Source: Escherichia phage vB-Eco-KMB23 | DNA length: 64,000 nt | Sequence record: OR525702.1 | Strand: one strand, 5' to 3' | Part shown: piece by piece, positions 19,257-27,768 of the stretch | Numbering within the stretch: position 1 is the stretch's first letter | How the letters are laid out: every line of letters begins with the position of its first letter | Position numbers and translations under genes: made by a program | The notes under the pieces: model-generated | What the model was told of the DNA's origin: nothing | Databases searched by the model: none | Seen by the model: the letters and a program-made list of their open reading frames with translations, nothing else

Positions 19257-21353
19257 TTATCCTTGAACGAACTTGTAAGGCATGTTTGTAATATCTATGC
19301 AAGACGCAATAATTCCAAGAGATGATTCTACTTTTTGTTTAACATTTGATGAAACAAATGATGCAAAATCAACTCTGTCTTCTATTTCAATATCACCTGT
19401 CATTGCAACTACTTCACCAGTTTCCATTAGACGATCACCGTCATAAATTACTGATTCGGTGAGTTCTTCCGTAGTCATAACTTCAGCTTGAATGAGTTTT
19501 GTATTATTAGATGTTGTTCCGTCATTATTAGAAGCATCAGTTATTTTATTAACTTTGACCATCAATCCGCGTGGTAGAATAACTTCAGCTTCTGTTGCTA
19601 TTCCGAGACTTCCTGGATATACAACATTAACTTTATGAGCTCCATCAATTGCCCATCCTATTTGAACTTTAACGTATTCAGGATTTTCTTTATACGCTCT
19701 TATTTCGTTTGGATTAATAGTTATTCCTTCTTCATTTTTATCAACTGTCAATTCATTACGAGCTTCTGGTTCTAAAAGACCAATACCAGCATGTGTAATT
19801 CCAAAACGTCCAAAAATGATAGGAGTTAAAGAAGTAGATACAAAATTTCTGAAATAGAATACTTTATTTTTAACTAGTGCTTCGTATATAGGAGCAGTCA
19901 TACTTTGAGCACGATAAACTGTAATGCCTTCTGGTATACGGTCACCATTTTCAAAAGCTGAATCTAAGTTATTTATAGCAGATTCAATTTCTTTTTCACT
20001 CATTACATCATATCGTTCTGGATTGTAGCGTCCTAAAAGAAGATTATTGATGTCAGTATATCCTGAACCACAATACTCTCTAATACCACGCTTTTGTGAT
20101 GGAGTATATTTAGAACCATCACGAGCAATAGTAATATCAATCATTGGACCTGCACCAATTCCAGAAAAGCTATAAATCATTCGTTTGAGGAATTTAGTTT
20201 TTGCTGCGTTCCAGGAATTTTTAGTTATTTCTTCCCAGACTTCATCTGACTGCCCTTTACGAGTTTTATTATGTTTATCAAGCCAATTATCTTTATATTC
20301 TTCAAAGAATTGATTAACAGCTGCTGCGTATTTCTCTAAACATTTTATTGAAGTAGTTGGTTCATTTTTAATCGCATTAAGAATTACATCTTTAATTTTT
20401 TCAGAAACTTCATTAACCTCACTTTTTGAAAAGAATTTATAGTCATAATGAAGTTCATCTGCAGTTCCTTCAGCAATAATTTTTGCTGCTTTAGTTTTAG
20501 AAGCCAATGAATTAATTCCAAGTTTCATTTCTTCTGCTTCGGGAATTAAAGGAGCGGTAGCAGGTTTATTGAAATTAGCTGCGGTAGATTCATACTTCTG
20601 GAATAATTCACTTTCAAATCTAGAAGATTCTAATGATTGACTTTGTGCAATTGCTCTACGGGAAATTTTAACTTTAACGATTACAGCTTGGTCAGAACGT
20701 TTATCATTTTCTTGCGCAATAGATGCAGCAATTGCCTCATTTTTAGTTACTTGAGCTCCAGTATCTTTATTGATATAAACATCACCGACCTTCGATTCAA
20801 CTTTAGTAAAGAGCTCGGTACTAATTTCCGGAACTCCTGGAATGTCTTCTAGTGATACATTTTTGCGATGTATAAGAATATATGCATACTTTTTATCGTA
20901 ATCCCAGAGTTCCTTAAGAAGGACGTATCTGCCACCTGAACGACTGCGGATAAGTCTATCAGCAATAAGTTGAATTTGACGAGCTTGACCAGCAGTTTTA
21001 GACTTAAGAATACGGAGCATACAGGCATCAATTTTATACTGACGCATCGTCTGCATCGCAACAGTAAAAACTGAATTGATGTAATTAATTGGGCTTGGAC
21101 CGAGACCTTTTAATTTAGCAATTGAACCTTTAGCAGTTAATGTAAAAGGAACAATATGCATCATTTTATCGCCCATCTTTAAATCGCGATTAGTATCACC
21201 TCCAGATGTATAGGTACATAAACGAAAGCCTGGTTGTTCAATTGCGTCATCAACATGAACTGAAAAAATTTGTGGTATTTTCTTCTTTGGATTTAAGTTT
21301 GTAATCGGAAGAGTAGTATCTTCGTCAAATAATTCTGTAATGAGTTCCATCAT
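19257..21353 (-). CDS. alt: Alt ADP-ribosyltransferase, head-packaged (698 aa)
   Basis: Matches T4 Alt as recalled; N-terminal MELITE capsid-targeting region; motifs VYRAQ, FVSTSL, TEAEVILPRG; late promoter upstream. Confidence 0.92.
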   Translation of the reverse strand: MMELITELFDEDTTLPITNLNPKKKIPQIFSVHVDDAIEQPGFRLCTYTSGGDTNRDLKMGDKMMHIVPFTLTAKGSIAKLKGLGPSPINYINSVFTVAMQTMRQYKIDACMLRILKSKTAGQARQIQLIADRLIRSRSGGRYVLLKELWDYDKKYAYILIHRKNVSLEDIPGVPEISTELFTKVESKVGDVYINKDTGAQVTKNEAIAASIAQENDKRSDQAVIVKVKISRRAIAQSQSLESSRFESELFQKYESTAANFNKPATAPLIPEAEEMKLGINSLASKTKAAKIIAEGTADELHYDYKFFSKSEVNEVSEKIKDVILNAIKNEPTTSIKCLEKYAAAVNQFFEEYKDNWLDKHNKTRKGQSDEVWEEITKNSWNAAKTKFLKRMIYSFSGIGAGPMIDITIARDGSKYTPSQKRGIREYCGSGYTDINNLLLGRYNPERYDVMSEKEIESAINNLDSAFENGDRIPEGITVYRAQSMTAPIYEALVKNKVFYFRNFVSTSLTPIIFGRFGITHAGIGLLEPEARNELTVDKNEEGITINPNEIRAYKENPEYVKVQIGWAIDGAHKVNVVYPGSLGIATEAEVILPRGLMVKVNKITDASNNDGTTSNNTKLIQAEVMTTEELTESVIYDGDRLMETGEVVAMTGDIEIEDRVDFASFVSSNVKQKVESSLGIIASCIDITNMPYKFVQG

Positions 21354-21373
21354 ATCCTCTCTAGTGTTTATTC

Positions 21374-21381
21374 TATTTATA
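21374..21381 (-). promoter_or_regulatory. late promoter TATAAATA for alt
   Basis: TATAAATA on the - strand about 20 bp upstream of the alt ATG. Confidence 0.55.
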
Positions 21382-21388
21382 AAATTAA

Positions 21389-21402
21389 AGGCCCGAAGGC
21401 CT
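21389..21402 (-). terminator. hairpin terminator between the gene 30 operon and alt
   Basis: AGGCC-CGAA-GGCCT hairpin followed on the - strand by a T-rich tract. Confidence 0.5.
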
Positions 21403-21591
21403 TTAATAATCTATTGGTAAGAGAGTACGATATATTTCAAACTTTGGACCTTTTTCATAAGCATCAAATGTTTCTGTGAATTTATTATAAGCATATGCAT
21501 CTATAAATTCAATCATAATTTGTGATACAGAAGTAGAAACATCTCCACCTTCTTTTTGAGCAACGACAATTGTTTCTAAGTAAGCTTTCAT
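21403..21591 (-). CDS. hypothetical small protein (62 aa) coupled to the gene 30 stop
   Basis: ATG overlaps the gene 30 stop (ATGA); acidic protein; no recognisable motif. Confidence 0.5.
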   Translation of the reverse strand: MKAYLETIVVAQKEGGDVSTSVSQIMIEFIDAYAYNKFTETFDAYEKGPKFEIYRTLLPIDY

Positions 21592-23051
21592 AGACCAGTT
21601 ACCTCATGAAAATCACCAAATACATCCTCGAATGTATTAGCTTTAGTTTTATCTTCACGTAAACGAATCGCAATTGGAAGAAATAATTTTACATAATCGG
21701 TGCGGCCATCAGATTTTAGCCAACCGTTGCATTCGCACTCTAGAATTTTTCCAATATAATAATTTTGGTTTTCCATAATGCGAGTACGGTCAAGTTCATG
21801 TGATTTTACACCGGCTTTATCTTTTAAGCCTGAACCAGCATTTACTTTAATTTTTCCACACTCTGATTCAAGAATAAATCCACCTGCTTTAGTAGGGTCT
21901 TTACGGTGAGGATAAATTCCTACAATTTTTAAATCAACATCAATTACTTCTTTAAATTTATAGAGATTTTTTGAACGAGCATTTTCCCACAATCCATCGG
22001 TATTTTTGAGAATAATACCTTCAAGACCTTGGTCAATATATTTTTTATAAATTACCTTAGCTTCATCTAGGTTATTTACTACCTGGTTTTCAATTAAAAT
22101 TACTTTATCATAGCCTGATGTCATTTGTTCTAGTTTAGAAAAACGTACATCATATTTTAAACGAAACGCCGGAAGACCATATATTTCTACTAATGGAACA
22201 TAGTCCCAGACCTGAAACTTCATGCATTGTGCTTCTTTTTCAGAAATGGTTCCCTTTAAAGATTTATTAGCGATTCCATTAGAAGTAGTACGTGATTCAG
22301 CTACTTCAGCGAATTCTTTAGCTTTACTAATTTCAGGATAAGCATCAAAAAGAAAATCTAGGCCTTCTGGTTCCTTTTCAACTTGCTCATGGTATACCAA
22401 TTCGCCATCAATTAACACACCTTCTGGATGAATCTGGCGGGCTTCAGCGGTCATTTTGATTAACTCTTCTTTAAGAAGATCTAATCCTAGATATTCATTA
22501 CCAGCTCGTGATAAAAGACGAACATCATCTAATTCATCACCTCTGACTTCAGCAAAGCACCGAGCTCCATCAGCTTTTAATTGGGCAAAGGCTGGAAATT
22601 TGATATTCTTATTAATGCCTTTTTCATCATAAGAACTTGCCAGCATTTGAGGTTGTTCAGGAATTAAACCTGGCCAAACTTTGTTTGCAATAGATACTGA
22701 AGCACCGCATTCAAGGTCTCGCATCATCACTCGACGCAAAACTTCAACATCATCTTTTTTACCATCGGTGATATATCCAATTAATTCCTCAATTGCCGCA
22801 TTTCCAGTCAATTTCCGAGTAGCTAACGTGAATTCAATGAAGTCAAGCATATCGGTAATAGTCAGCATCCCAAAACTCTGGGTAGCAATACCGGGTTTAG
22901 GCCATTTCTTTATATAATACTGTAACCCACGAGAATAAGTCAGACGATATACTCGTTTGAGCAATTCATTATCTTTATTCTTTTCAAGAATTGCTTGCTT
23001 CTGCTTAGTTGAACCAATAGATGCTATTTCGTTCAGAATTTTAAGAATCAT
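21588..23051 (-). CDS. 30: ATP-dependent DNA ligase gp30 (487 aa)
   Basis: 487 aa as in T4; adenylation motif KADGAR (LKADGARCFAEV). Confidence 0.96.
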   Translation of the reverse strand: MILKILNEIASIGSTKQKQAILEKNKDNELLKRVYRLTYSRGLQYYIKKWPKPGIATQSFGMLTITDMLDFIEFTLATRKLTGNAAIEELIGYITDGKKDDVEVLRRVMMRDLECGASVSIANKVWPGLIPEQPQMLASSYDEKGINKNIKFPAFAQLKADGARCFAEVRGDELDDVRLLSRAGNEYLGLDLLKEELIKMTAEARQIHPEGVLIDGELVYHEQVEKEPEGLDFLFDAYPEISKAKEFAEVAESRTTSNGIANKSLKGTISEKEAQCMKFQVWDYVPLVEIYGLPAFRLKYDVRFSKLEQMTSGYDKVILIENQVVNNLDEAKVIYKKYIDQGLEGIILKNTDGLWENARSKNLYKFKEVIDVDLKIVGIYPHRKDPTKAGGFILESECGKIKVNAGSGLKDKAGVKSHELDRTRIMENQNYYIGKILECECNGWLKSDGRTDYVKLFLPIAIRLREDKTKANTFEDVFGDFHEVTGL

Positions 23052-23317
23052 TGTTCATCCTTTAGAGTTTGGTTTACAGCTCTATTATAAATCAATTCAT
23101 CATTAAGCTCAGTCAAAGACCTATGGTACGTGGTTCTAACTTTATTTCCTTGCATCCAATGCTTGACGTAAATGAAACCTTGCTCTACACATTTTTTAAA
23201 AATTCGTTCGTCTTTTTGAGCTCGGAATTCTGGATTGCATCTAAAAAATTGATTTACGTGACCGTAATCACGTGTAGTATTACCTTCATTTTCATAAATA
23301 GTGTGAACAACAAACAT
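23048..23317 (-). CDS. hypothetical protein (30.1 position, 89 aa)
   Basis: ORF overlapping the gene 30 start by 4 nt. Confidence 0.6.
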   Translation of the reverse strand: MFVVHTIYENEGNTTRDYGHVNQFFRCNPEFRAQKDERIFKKCVEQGFIYVKHWMQGNKVRTTYHRSLTELNDELIYNRAVNQTLKDEQ

Positions 23318-24153
23318 TAGAATGCTCCTTGGAAAATATTATCACCACTAGTAGGTCTATTATACAAATACTCTATACCACCGGGTTTAATATAGTTCCA
23401 TGTCTGAAACGGATGCGTCTGATATGGATGATATGGATTATAAGGATTAAATCCAGGAGTTCTCCAGGTAGTGTTCCAACGAAAAGAATCATTTTTAATC
23501 ATCTTTTCAATTACATCTTTTATAGCTTTTTCACTATCAAAACTTTCTTTATTTTCCTTCGGTGAAAAAAGCTTATTCTCTACATCGTTCCATGTATAAA
23601 CTCGCTGAGCGGTTTTTGGAATACTGTCACGTTCCCCTCGAGCCATCCAATACACAGGAACACGTAATATTTCACTCGCATGATCGCAGTGGTGAGCGAG
23701 ATCGTCAATATAACAAATTACGTTATATTTCTCTTTTGCCTTTTTGAACAACTCTTCTTTTGAAGAATCATGACCACACATCATTACTTCTGAGAAGGCA
23801 CCAGGAAAAAGAGCATTCAAATTAAATTGACGATTCAACAGAGCGTCAATAGAATCACCCAATGCTGTAACAGCTACAAAATTATAATCTTCTTTTAATT
23901 TGTTAATTACACACAGAGCATCTTTATATGGAGACAAGTAACGAATAAAATCTGATCGATTGTATTTTTCAATTAGCTTAACGCCAAGTTCTTCATCACA
24001 GTTAAAGAGTTTACCAGGAGAAATAAATTTCTCATCCTGGATCATTTTTAAAATATGTTCTAACGGAAGATTATATTTCTGAGCAAAATAAGGAAGGCCT
24101 GATTGCCAGCTTAAACATACTCCATCAATATCAGTTAAAATAGTAAGCTTCAT
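23317..24153 (-). CDS. HAD-superfamily-like hydrolase (30.2 position, 278 aa)
   Basis: N-terminal ILTDIDGV fits HAD motif I (DxDG); C-terminal Pro/Tyr-rich tail. Confidence 0.6.
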   Translation of the reverse strand: MKLTILTDIDGVCLSWQSGLPYFAQKYNLPLEHILKMIQDEKFISPGKLFNCDEELGVKLIEKYNRSDFIRYLSPYKDALCVINKLKEDYNFVAVTALGDSIDALLNRQFNLNALFPGAFSEVMMCGHDSSKEELFKKAKEKYNVICYIDDLAHHCDHASEILRVPVYWMARGERDSIPKTAQRVYTWNDVENKLFSPKENKESFDSEKAIKDVIEKMIKNDSFRWNTTWRTPGFNPYNPYHPYQTHPFQTWNYIKPGGIEYLYNRPTSGDNIFQGAF

Positions 24154-24614
24154 AGAGAGTCTCTTAATAGGTTTAACACATCAATAAATTCAGCTTCGGT
24201 TAGTATTGTATCATCTTTTGTTAGACCACTAGCCATGCTGTGCTTCAAAACTTTTCCTTTCGAGGCTTGTAATGCATCACGAAAGCCCCTGTTTTGGATC
24301 GCTGCTTCAAAATATGCATTTGTGTATAATTCTTTCCACGCTGGGGAGTATCTTGAAAACGGAACTCCAAGCCAGAAGAGGGTCCCACGGTCCTGAGCTC
24401 TTGCATAAGACCTTCCAGCTTGTTGGGCGGCAAGACCGGATAACCCAAATATACGACGTTGTTGTTCAACATTTTTCACCTTGCACCCTTGGAGGAATCC
24501 TTCAAGACCTCCAAATTGAATACCATCCATAACGAAAGGCCATTGGGCGAAATTACTTAATGCACATGATGGCCACCTAAAATTGCTTCTAATCTCTAAC
24601 TCAGACATTTTCAA
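24150..24614 (-). CDS. NADAR/YbiA-like (DUF1768-like) protein (30.3 position, 154 aa)
   Basis: LSNFAQWPFVMDGIQFGGLEGFLQGCK resembles the YbiA/NADAR N-terminal motif (FSNFAAWP..DG....E.FQ..K); assignment by eye only. Confidence 0.5.
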   Translation of the reverse strand: MKMSELEIRSNFRWPSCALSNFAQWPFVMDGIQFGGLEGFLQGCKVKNVEQQRRIFGLSGLAAQQAGRSYARAQDRGTLFWLGVPFSRYSPAWKELYTNAYFEAAIQNRGFRDALQASKGKVLKHSMASGLTKDDTILTEAEFIDVLNLLRDSL

Positions 24615-24807
24615 TGCTTATAATTTCAACATCAGCCCAATGACCATAGCAAGGAAGACGAAATTCAACTGGCCAGTTAGGGTCCTTTTCTAATATAATA
24701 GACTCAACTTGTGGTTCTTCATGTTCATCAGTATATGGATTTTTATCTGTTACTTTATATGTGACCTTAATGTACTGAATTCCAAAAATCTTATTAATTA
24801 TATTCAT
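24601..24807 (-). CDS. hypothetical protein (30.4 position, 68 aa)
   Basis: ORF in the operon array with overlapping stop/start. Confidence 0.5.
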   Translation of the reverse strand: MNIINKIFGIQYIKVTYKVTDKNPYTDEHEEPQVESIILEKDPNWPVEFRLPCYGHWADVEIISIENV

Positions 24808-25001
24808 ACTAATTCCTTTAATCCGTAGATAGGAGATAATTCATCACCCATACGAAGGTCTTCATTTCCATCTACCCAGGAAACAATATAAGCCTCTTTT
24901 ATTTGAATACCACTCCATTTAAATGGAGGTAGAACCTTAGAAATTAATCCAGGTATACCAACTCCCTTTAATTCAACAGTTTGACCTAAAAAGAATTTCA
25001 T
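24804..25001 (-). CDS. hypothetical protein (30.5 position, 65 aa)
   Basis: ORF in the operon array with overlapping stop/start. Confidence 0.5.
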   Translation of the reverse strand: MKFFLGQTVELKGVGIPGLISKVLPPFKWSGIQIKEAYIVSWVDGNEDLRMGDELSPIYGLKELV

Positions 25002-25288
25002 TAGAACCTCATCTGAAAACCGTGCGATTTAACATTACCGCCGCCAATATCAGAAATGTTAATTTCACGCGCAATTGAAGGGTCAATGTCAATTTCGCGA
25101 TTGAGTTTAGTGATAGCTAAAGTATCACGCCCATTTACAGTACGAAACTCTAAAGGACAAACCACATCAACGTAGTTTTTAATCGATTCGCTAGTAGGTT
25201 GCAAATGTGCAGGAAGGTCTTTAGGCGACTTTGAGAAAACTACTTCGCAGAAGTTTTTACGGGTATCAAAATAAGTAGTCATAAACAT
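25001..25288 (-). CDS. hypothetical protein (30.6 position, 95 aa)
   Basis: ATG with GAGGAAAA RBS. Confidence 0.55.
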   Translation of the reverse strand: MFMTTYFDTRKNFCEVVFSKSPKDLPAHLQPTSESIKNYVDVVCPLEFRTVNGRDTLAITKLNREIDIDPSIAREINISDIGGGNVKSHGFQMRF

Positions 25289-25329
25289 AACATTTTCCTC
25301 AGTAAGGGGCCAAAGCCCCTCATTTTATT

Positions 25330-25695
25330 TTAAATATCAAATTCGTTAAGAACTACATCAAAGATTGCTTCAAGATGCTCAGGTTTAGCTCTGTTACTCA
25401 GAATATGACGAATCCAAGTTTTAACCAAAAGCTTGCGATTAGAACCATTCCAGCAAGGATGAGTCCCTAAATCACGTTGACGAAAATCATCATCCAGAGC
25501 GATTTTGAAGTTTGAACCTTCCATTGTGATTGAAACCGTGATTCCATTTTCAAATCGCATATAAACGTAATTAGGAGTCATATACTGCTCAATTTCGCAT
25601 ACTGATCCATTTTGATGTTTCCAAAGGCAAATAGTATCAATAGAACCTGCAATACAATTAGAAACATATTTACGTTCAAAATTGGTGTAGTTCAT
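25330..25695 (-). CDS. hypothetical protein (30.7 position, 121 aa from ATG)
   Basis: ORF track starts at TTG 25707; ATG at 25695 is preceded by GGAGAATAAA and an early promoter. Confidence 0.55.
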   Translation of the reverse strand: MNYTNFERKYVSNCIAGSIDTICLWKHQNGSVCEIEQYMTPNYVYMRFENGITVSITMEGSNFKIALDDDFRQRDLGTHPCWNGSNRKLLVKTWIRHILSNRAKPEHLEAIFDVVLNEFDI

Positions 25696-25714
25696 TTTAT
25701 TCTCCAAGATGTTT

Positions 25715-25760
25715 AATTGCGGTACAGGTATATAATATCATATCCTGTACCAAAGTAAAC
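25715..25760 (-). promoter_or_regulatory. early promoter with inverted repeat enclosing the -10
   Basis: - strand GTTTAC -35 and TATTATATAC -10; inverted repeat GGTACAGG...CCTGTACC (25721..25751). Confidence 0.5.
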
Positions 25761-25762
25761 AA

Positions 25763-26095
25763 TTATTTTACTACTTTCCAATGCTGCATGTCAAGTTTAC
25801 CAACTTTTTTCATCTTCTCAATTAAGCGTTCGGCACGTTGGCGAGCTGTAACATAATACCATTCACCTAATTCATTTTGTTCAATTTTTCCAACGATTAC
25901 TGTATTCAATTCATAAATCCAACCAGTAAAGAAATTATGAACTTGAATTGTAAAGGTGAAATCTGTTCCCATACCTTCTGTTGTTTCTACTTCAATAATA
26001 TCACCTTCAACTGCCATTAAGAACCACATAGTTTCATCATATTTACCATTGAAGCATTTAGTTTTAACTGTAGCGTTCAGATTAATCGTTTTCAT
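25763..26095 (-). CDS. hypothetical protein (30.8 position, 110 aa)
   Basis: ATG start, RBS AAGGAGA. Confidence 0.6.
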   Translation of the reverse strand: MKTINLNATVKTKCFNGKYDETMWFLMAVEGDIIEVETTEGMGTDFTFTIQVHNFFTGWIYELNTVIVGKIEQNELGEWYYVTARQRAERLIEKMKKVGKLDMQHWKVVK

Positions 26096-26114
26096 TTTAT
26101 TCTCCTTTGTTTGT

Positions 26115-26154
26115 GTAAGATAATACTATCACAAAGGAACCGTACTGTAAACAA
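26115..26154 (-). promoter_or_regulatory. early promoter for the 30.8-like ORF
   Basis: - strand A/T-rich upstream tract, GTTTAC -35, TAGTATTAT -10. Confidence 0.45.
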
Positions 26155-26182
26155 CTTTGTGCAATCTTTGGAAAATAAAAAA

Positions 26183-26200
26183 GGACTCCCGAAGGAGTCC
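26183..26200 (-). terminator. intrinsic terminator after the 30.9-like ORF
   Basis: GGACTCC-CGAAG-GGAGTCC hairpin followed on the - strand by TTTTTTATTTT. Confidence 0.6.
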
Positions 26201-26205
26201 TCAAC

Positions 26206-26382
26206 TTATGCTTTCTGCTTACCAAAACGAGAAGCATCATCTCGAAGAACCGCACGTGCTCGGCGCATGATCTTCTCAACAGTTTGATTGATACGAGAGT
26301 TCGACCCACGCTTGTAACCAGCGCGTTTAGAATCACCAACTTTCTTTTCAACTGCTTTCTTTGCTTTAACTTGTTTTGCCAT
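26206..26382 (-). CDS. small basic protein (30.9 position, 58 aa from ATG)
   Basis: ORF track offers a longer 72-aa form; internal ATG gives MAKQVKAKKAVEKKVGDSKRAGYKRGSNSR..., Lys/Arg-rich. Confidence 0.5.
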   Translation of the reverse strand: MAKQVKAKKAVEKKVGDSKRAGYKRGSNSRINQTVEKIMRRARAVLRDDASRFGKQKA

Positions 26383-26414
26383 TATAAATTCTCTTTTAAA
26401 TGAAAATGCAGGAC

Positions 26415-26603
26415 TTATTGGCATTGCCTGCGCAAGCCCTCAAAGGGGTACTTAGGTTTTGAATATTTACCGACAGGATAACCATAAACCTCGTCATCAT
26501 ACCACCAAGACTTACACAGATAACACTTTTCTGACGCATGATAGTAACATTCAAGAGGTACACCATAAAACTGCCGGGGTCTTAAAACTATAATGATTCG
26601 CAA
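26415..26603 (-). CDS. possible small Cys/aromatic-rich protein (62 aa)
   Basis: ORF between rIII and 30.9 with several Cys and Tyr/Trp residues (CYYHASEKCYLCKSWWYDDEVYGYP); weak start context. Confidence 0.3.
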   Translation of the reverse strand: MRIIIVLRPRQFYGVPLECYYHASEKCYLCKSWWYDDEVYGYPVGKYSKPKYPFEGLRRQCQ

Positions 26604-26671
26604 ATCATTAATCAGACAGTTCGATGGCTCCTCGATTTTAGCTCACACTAAGGCAGTGAATCTCCAATAAA

Positions 26672-26920
26672 TTACTTCAATGTTACCACAAAGTGACGAA
26701 CTGCTTTTCGTGCAGCAGAAGCCAGAGGCTTAGCATACTTAAGTTCATCTTTTTCCTGAAGCTCAGCAGCTAATGCAGTTTGAGCAGGATTCAGATGTTT
26801 GAAATAACGCAGGATTTCAAGAGCTTCGGCTTCAACATCAATAGATGCGCCATAGTTTTCGTGACCATTATTCCATGCGTTTCGTTGCAGTTCAAGAGCG
26901 TGTTGTAATTGTTTAATCAT
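26672..26920 (-). CDS. rIII: rIII lysis-inhibition accessory protein (82 aa)
   Basis: 82 aa as in T4 rIII; position upstream of 30.9 and downstream of 31. Confidence 0.8.
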   Translation of the reverse strand: MIKQLQHALELQRNAWNNGHENYGASIDVEAEALEILRYFKHLNPAQTALAAELQEKDELKYAKPLASAARKAVRHFVVTLK

Positions 26921-27067
26921 TTAAAAATTCTCGTTAGAGATTAAAACTCGGTAGTCACGTTCTTCTGAATTTCATCTTCTTTCGACAGATCTCTCAGTTG
27001 TAGACTACCACATAGAATTGTTCGGTTAACTTATTATTCCGACACCCAATTCATATTATTATTTATA

Positions 27068-27403
27068 TCACTTATAAAGACATGGAATAGCTTTATAGTG
27101 ACAAGTAACGAATTTTTGTTTAATTTCTTTTGGCTGTTTAAGACCCAGAGCTACAAAAGGATGCGGAACATTTCGAATTTGACCAACTGGAAGAGAAGTC
27201 AAATCACCAACTTCGCAGAAACCTTCAGGAACATCAGGACCGACAGAGTGAACTACACACAGTTCAGGAACTTCACCTTGAACACGTTTACCGATAATAA
27301 GTCCTGATTCTGTAACTTCTTCATCACCAGCCTGTGCAGGTTCAGAAACTAAAATAACATATTCACCGACAGCACGAATTGGTAGCTGTTGTACTTCAGA
27401 CAT
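27068..27403 (-). CDS. 31: co-chaperonin gp31 (GroES-like, 111 aa)
   Basis: 111 aa; matches T4 gp31 ([41 protein letters not shown]...). Confidence 0.94.
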
Positions 27404-27459
27404 CGTTTTTCCTTTTTGTTAACAGATGAATTAATAATAACAAATAATTCTTAAAGCAT

Positions 27460-27768
27460 TTATTTACCAATAAATTGGAGCAAATGCTCAACTTTCATAC
27501 CATTAACGGAAATCAATTTGTCAATAGAAAAACCTCGCCATGTACCAAGTTCAACATCAAATACTGGAATCATATCAGTAGATTCTTTCCGGGTAGATTC
27601 AGTCAATTTACCAGTTTGCATGGTTGGCATAAAGTCTGCGTCGCGAGTACCTTTCATAGTACGAATAGTACCATCAGACTTTTCAAAAACTACGTTTGAA
27701 ACACCCATGGACAATTTAGTTTTCAAAATTTCACGAATTGCTACTTTCTGCTCAGTTGTCAGTTTCAT
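27460..27768 (-). CDS. hypothetical protein (31.1 position, 102 aa)
   Basis: ORF with ATG in the T4 31.1 slot. Confidence 0.6.
   Translation of the reverse strand: MKLTTEQKVAIREILKTKLSMGVSNVVFEKSDGTIRTMKGTRDADFMPTMQTGKLTESTRKESTDMIPVFDVELGTWRGFSIDKLISVNGMKVEHLLQFIGK

Noticed and set aside
17678-23747. Shadow ORFs inside the alt paralogues, gene 30 and 30.1/30.2 (17678..17905, 20637..20852, 20849..21061, 22681..22917, 23069..23320, 23329..23565, 23562..23747)
   Set aside because: Opposite-strand or out-of-frame overlaps with recognised genes.
24245-24532. Overlapping ORFs within the NADAR-like gene (24245..24472 -, 24272..24532 +)
   Set aside because: Alternative frames of the 154-aa ORF, which has the better start context and operon fit.
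26097-26351. 84-aa - strand ORF overlapping the 30.9-like gene
   Set aside because: Different frame of the same region; it would run through the terminator hairpin and promoter; the basic 58-aa 30.9-like frame is preferred.
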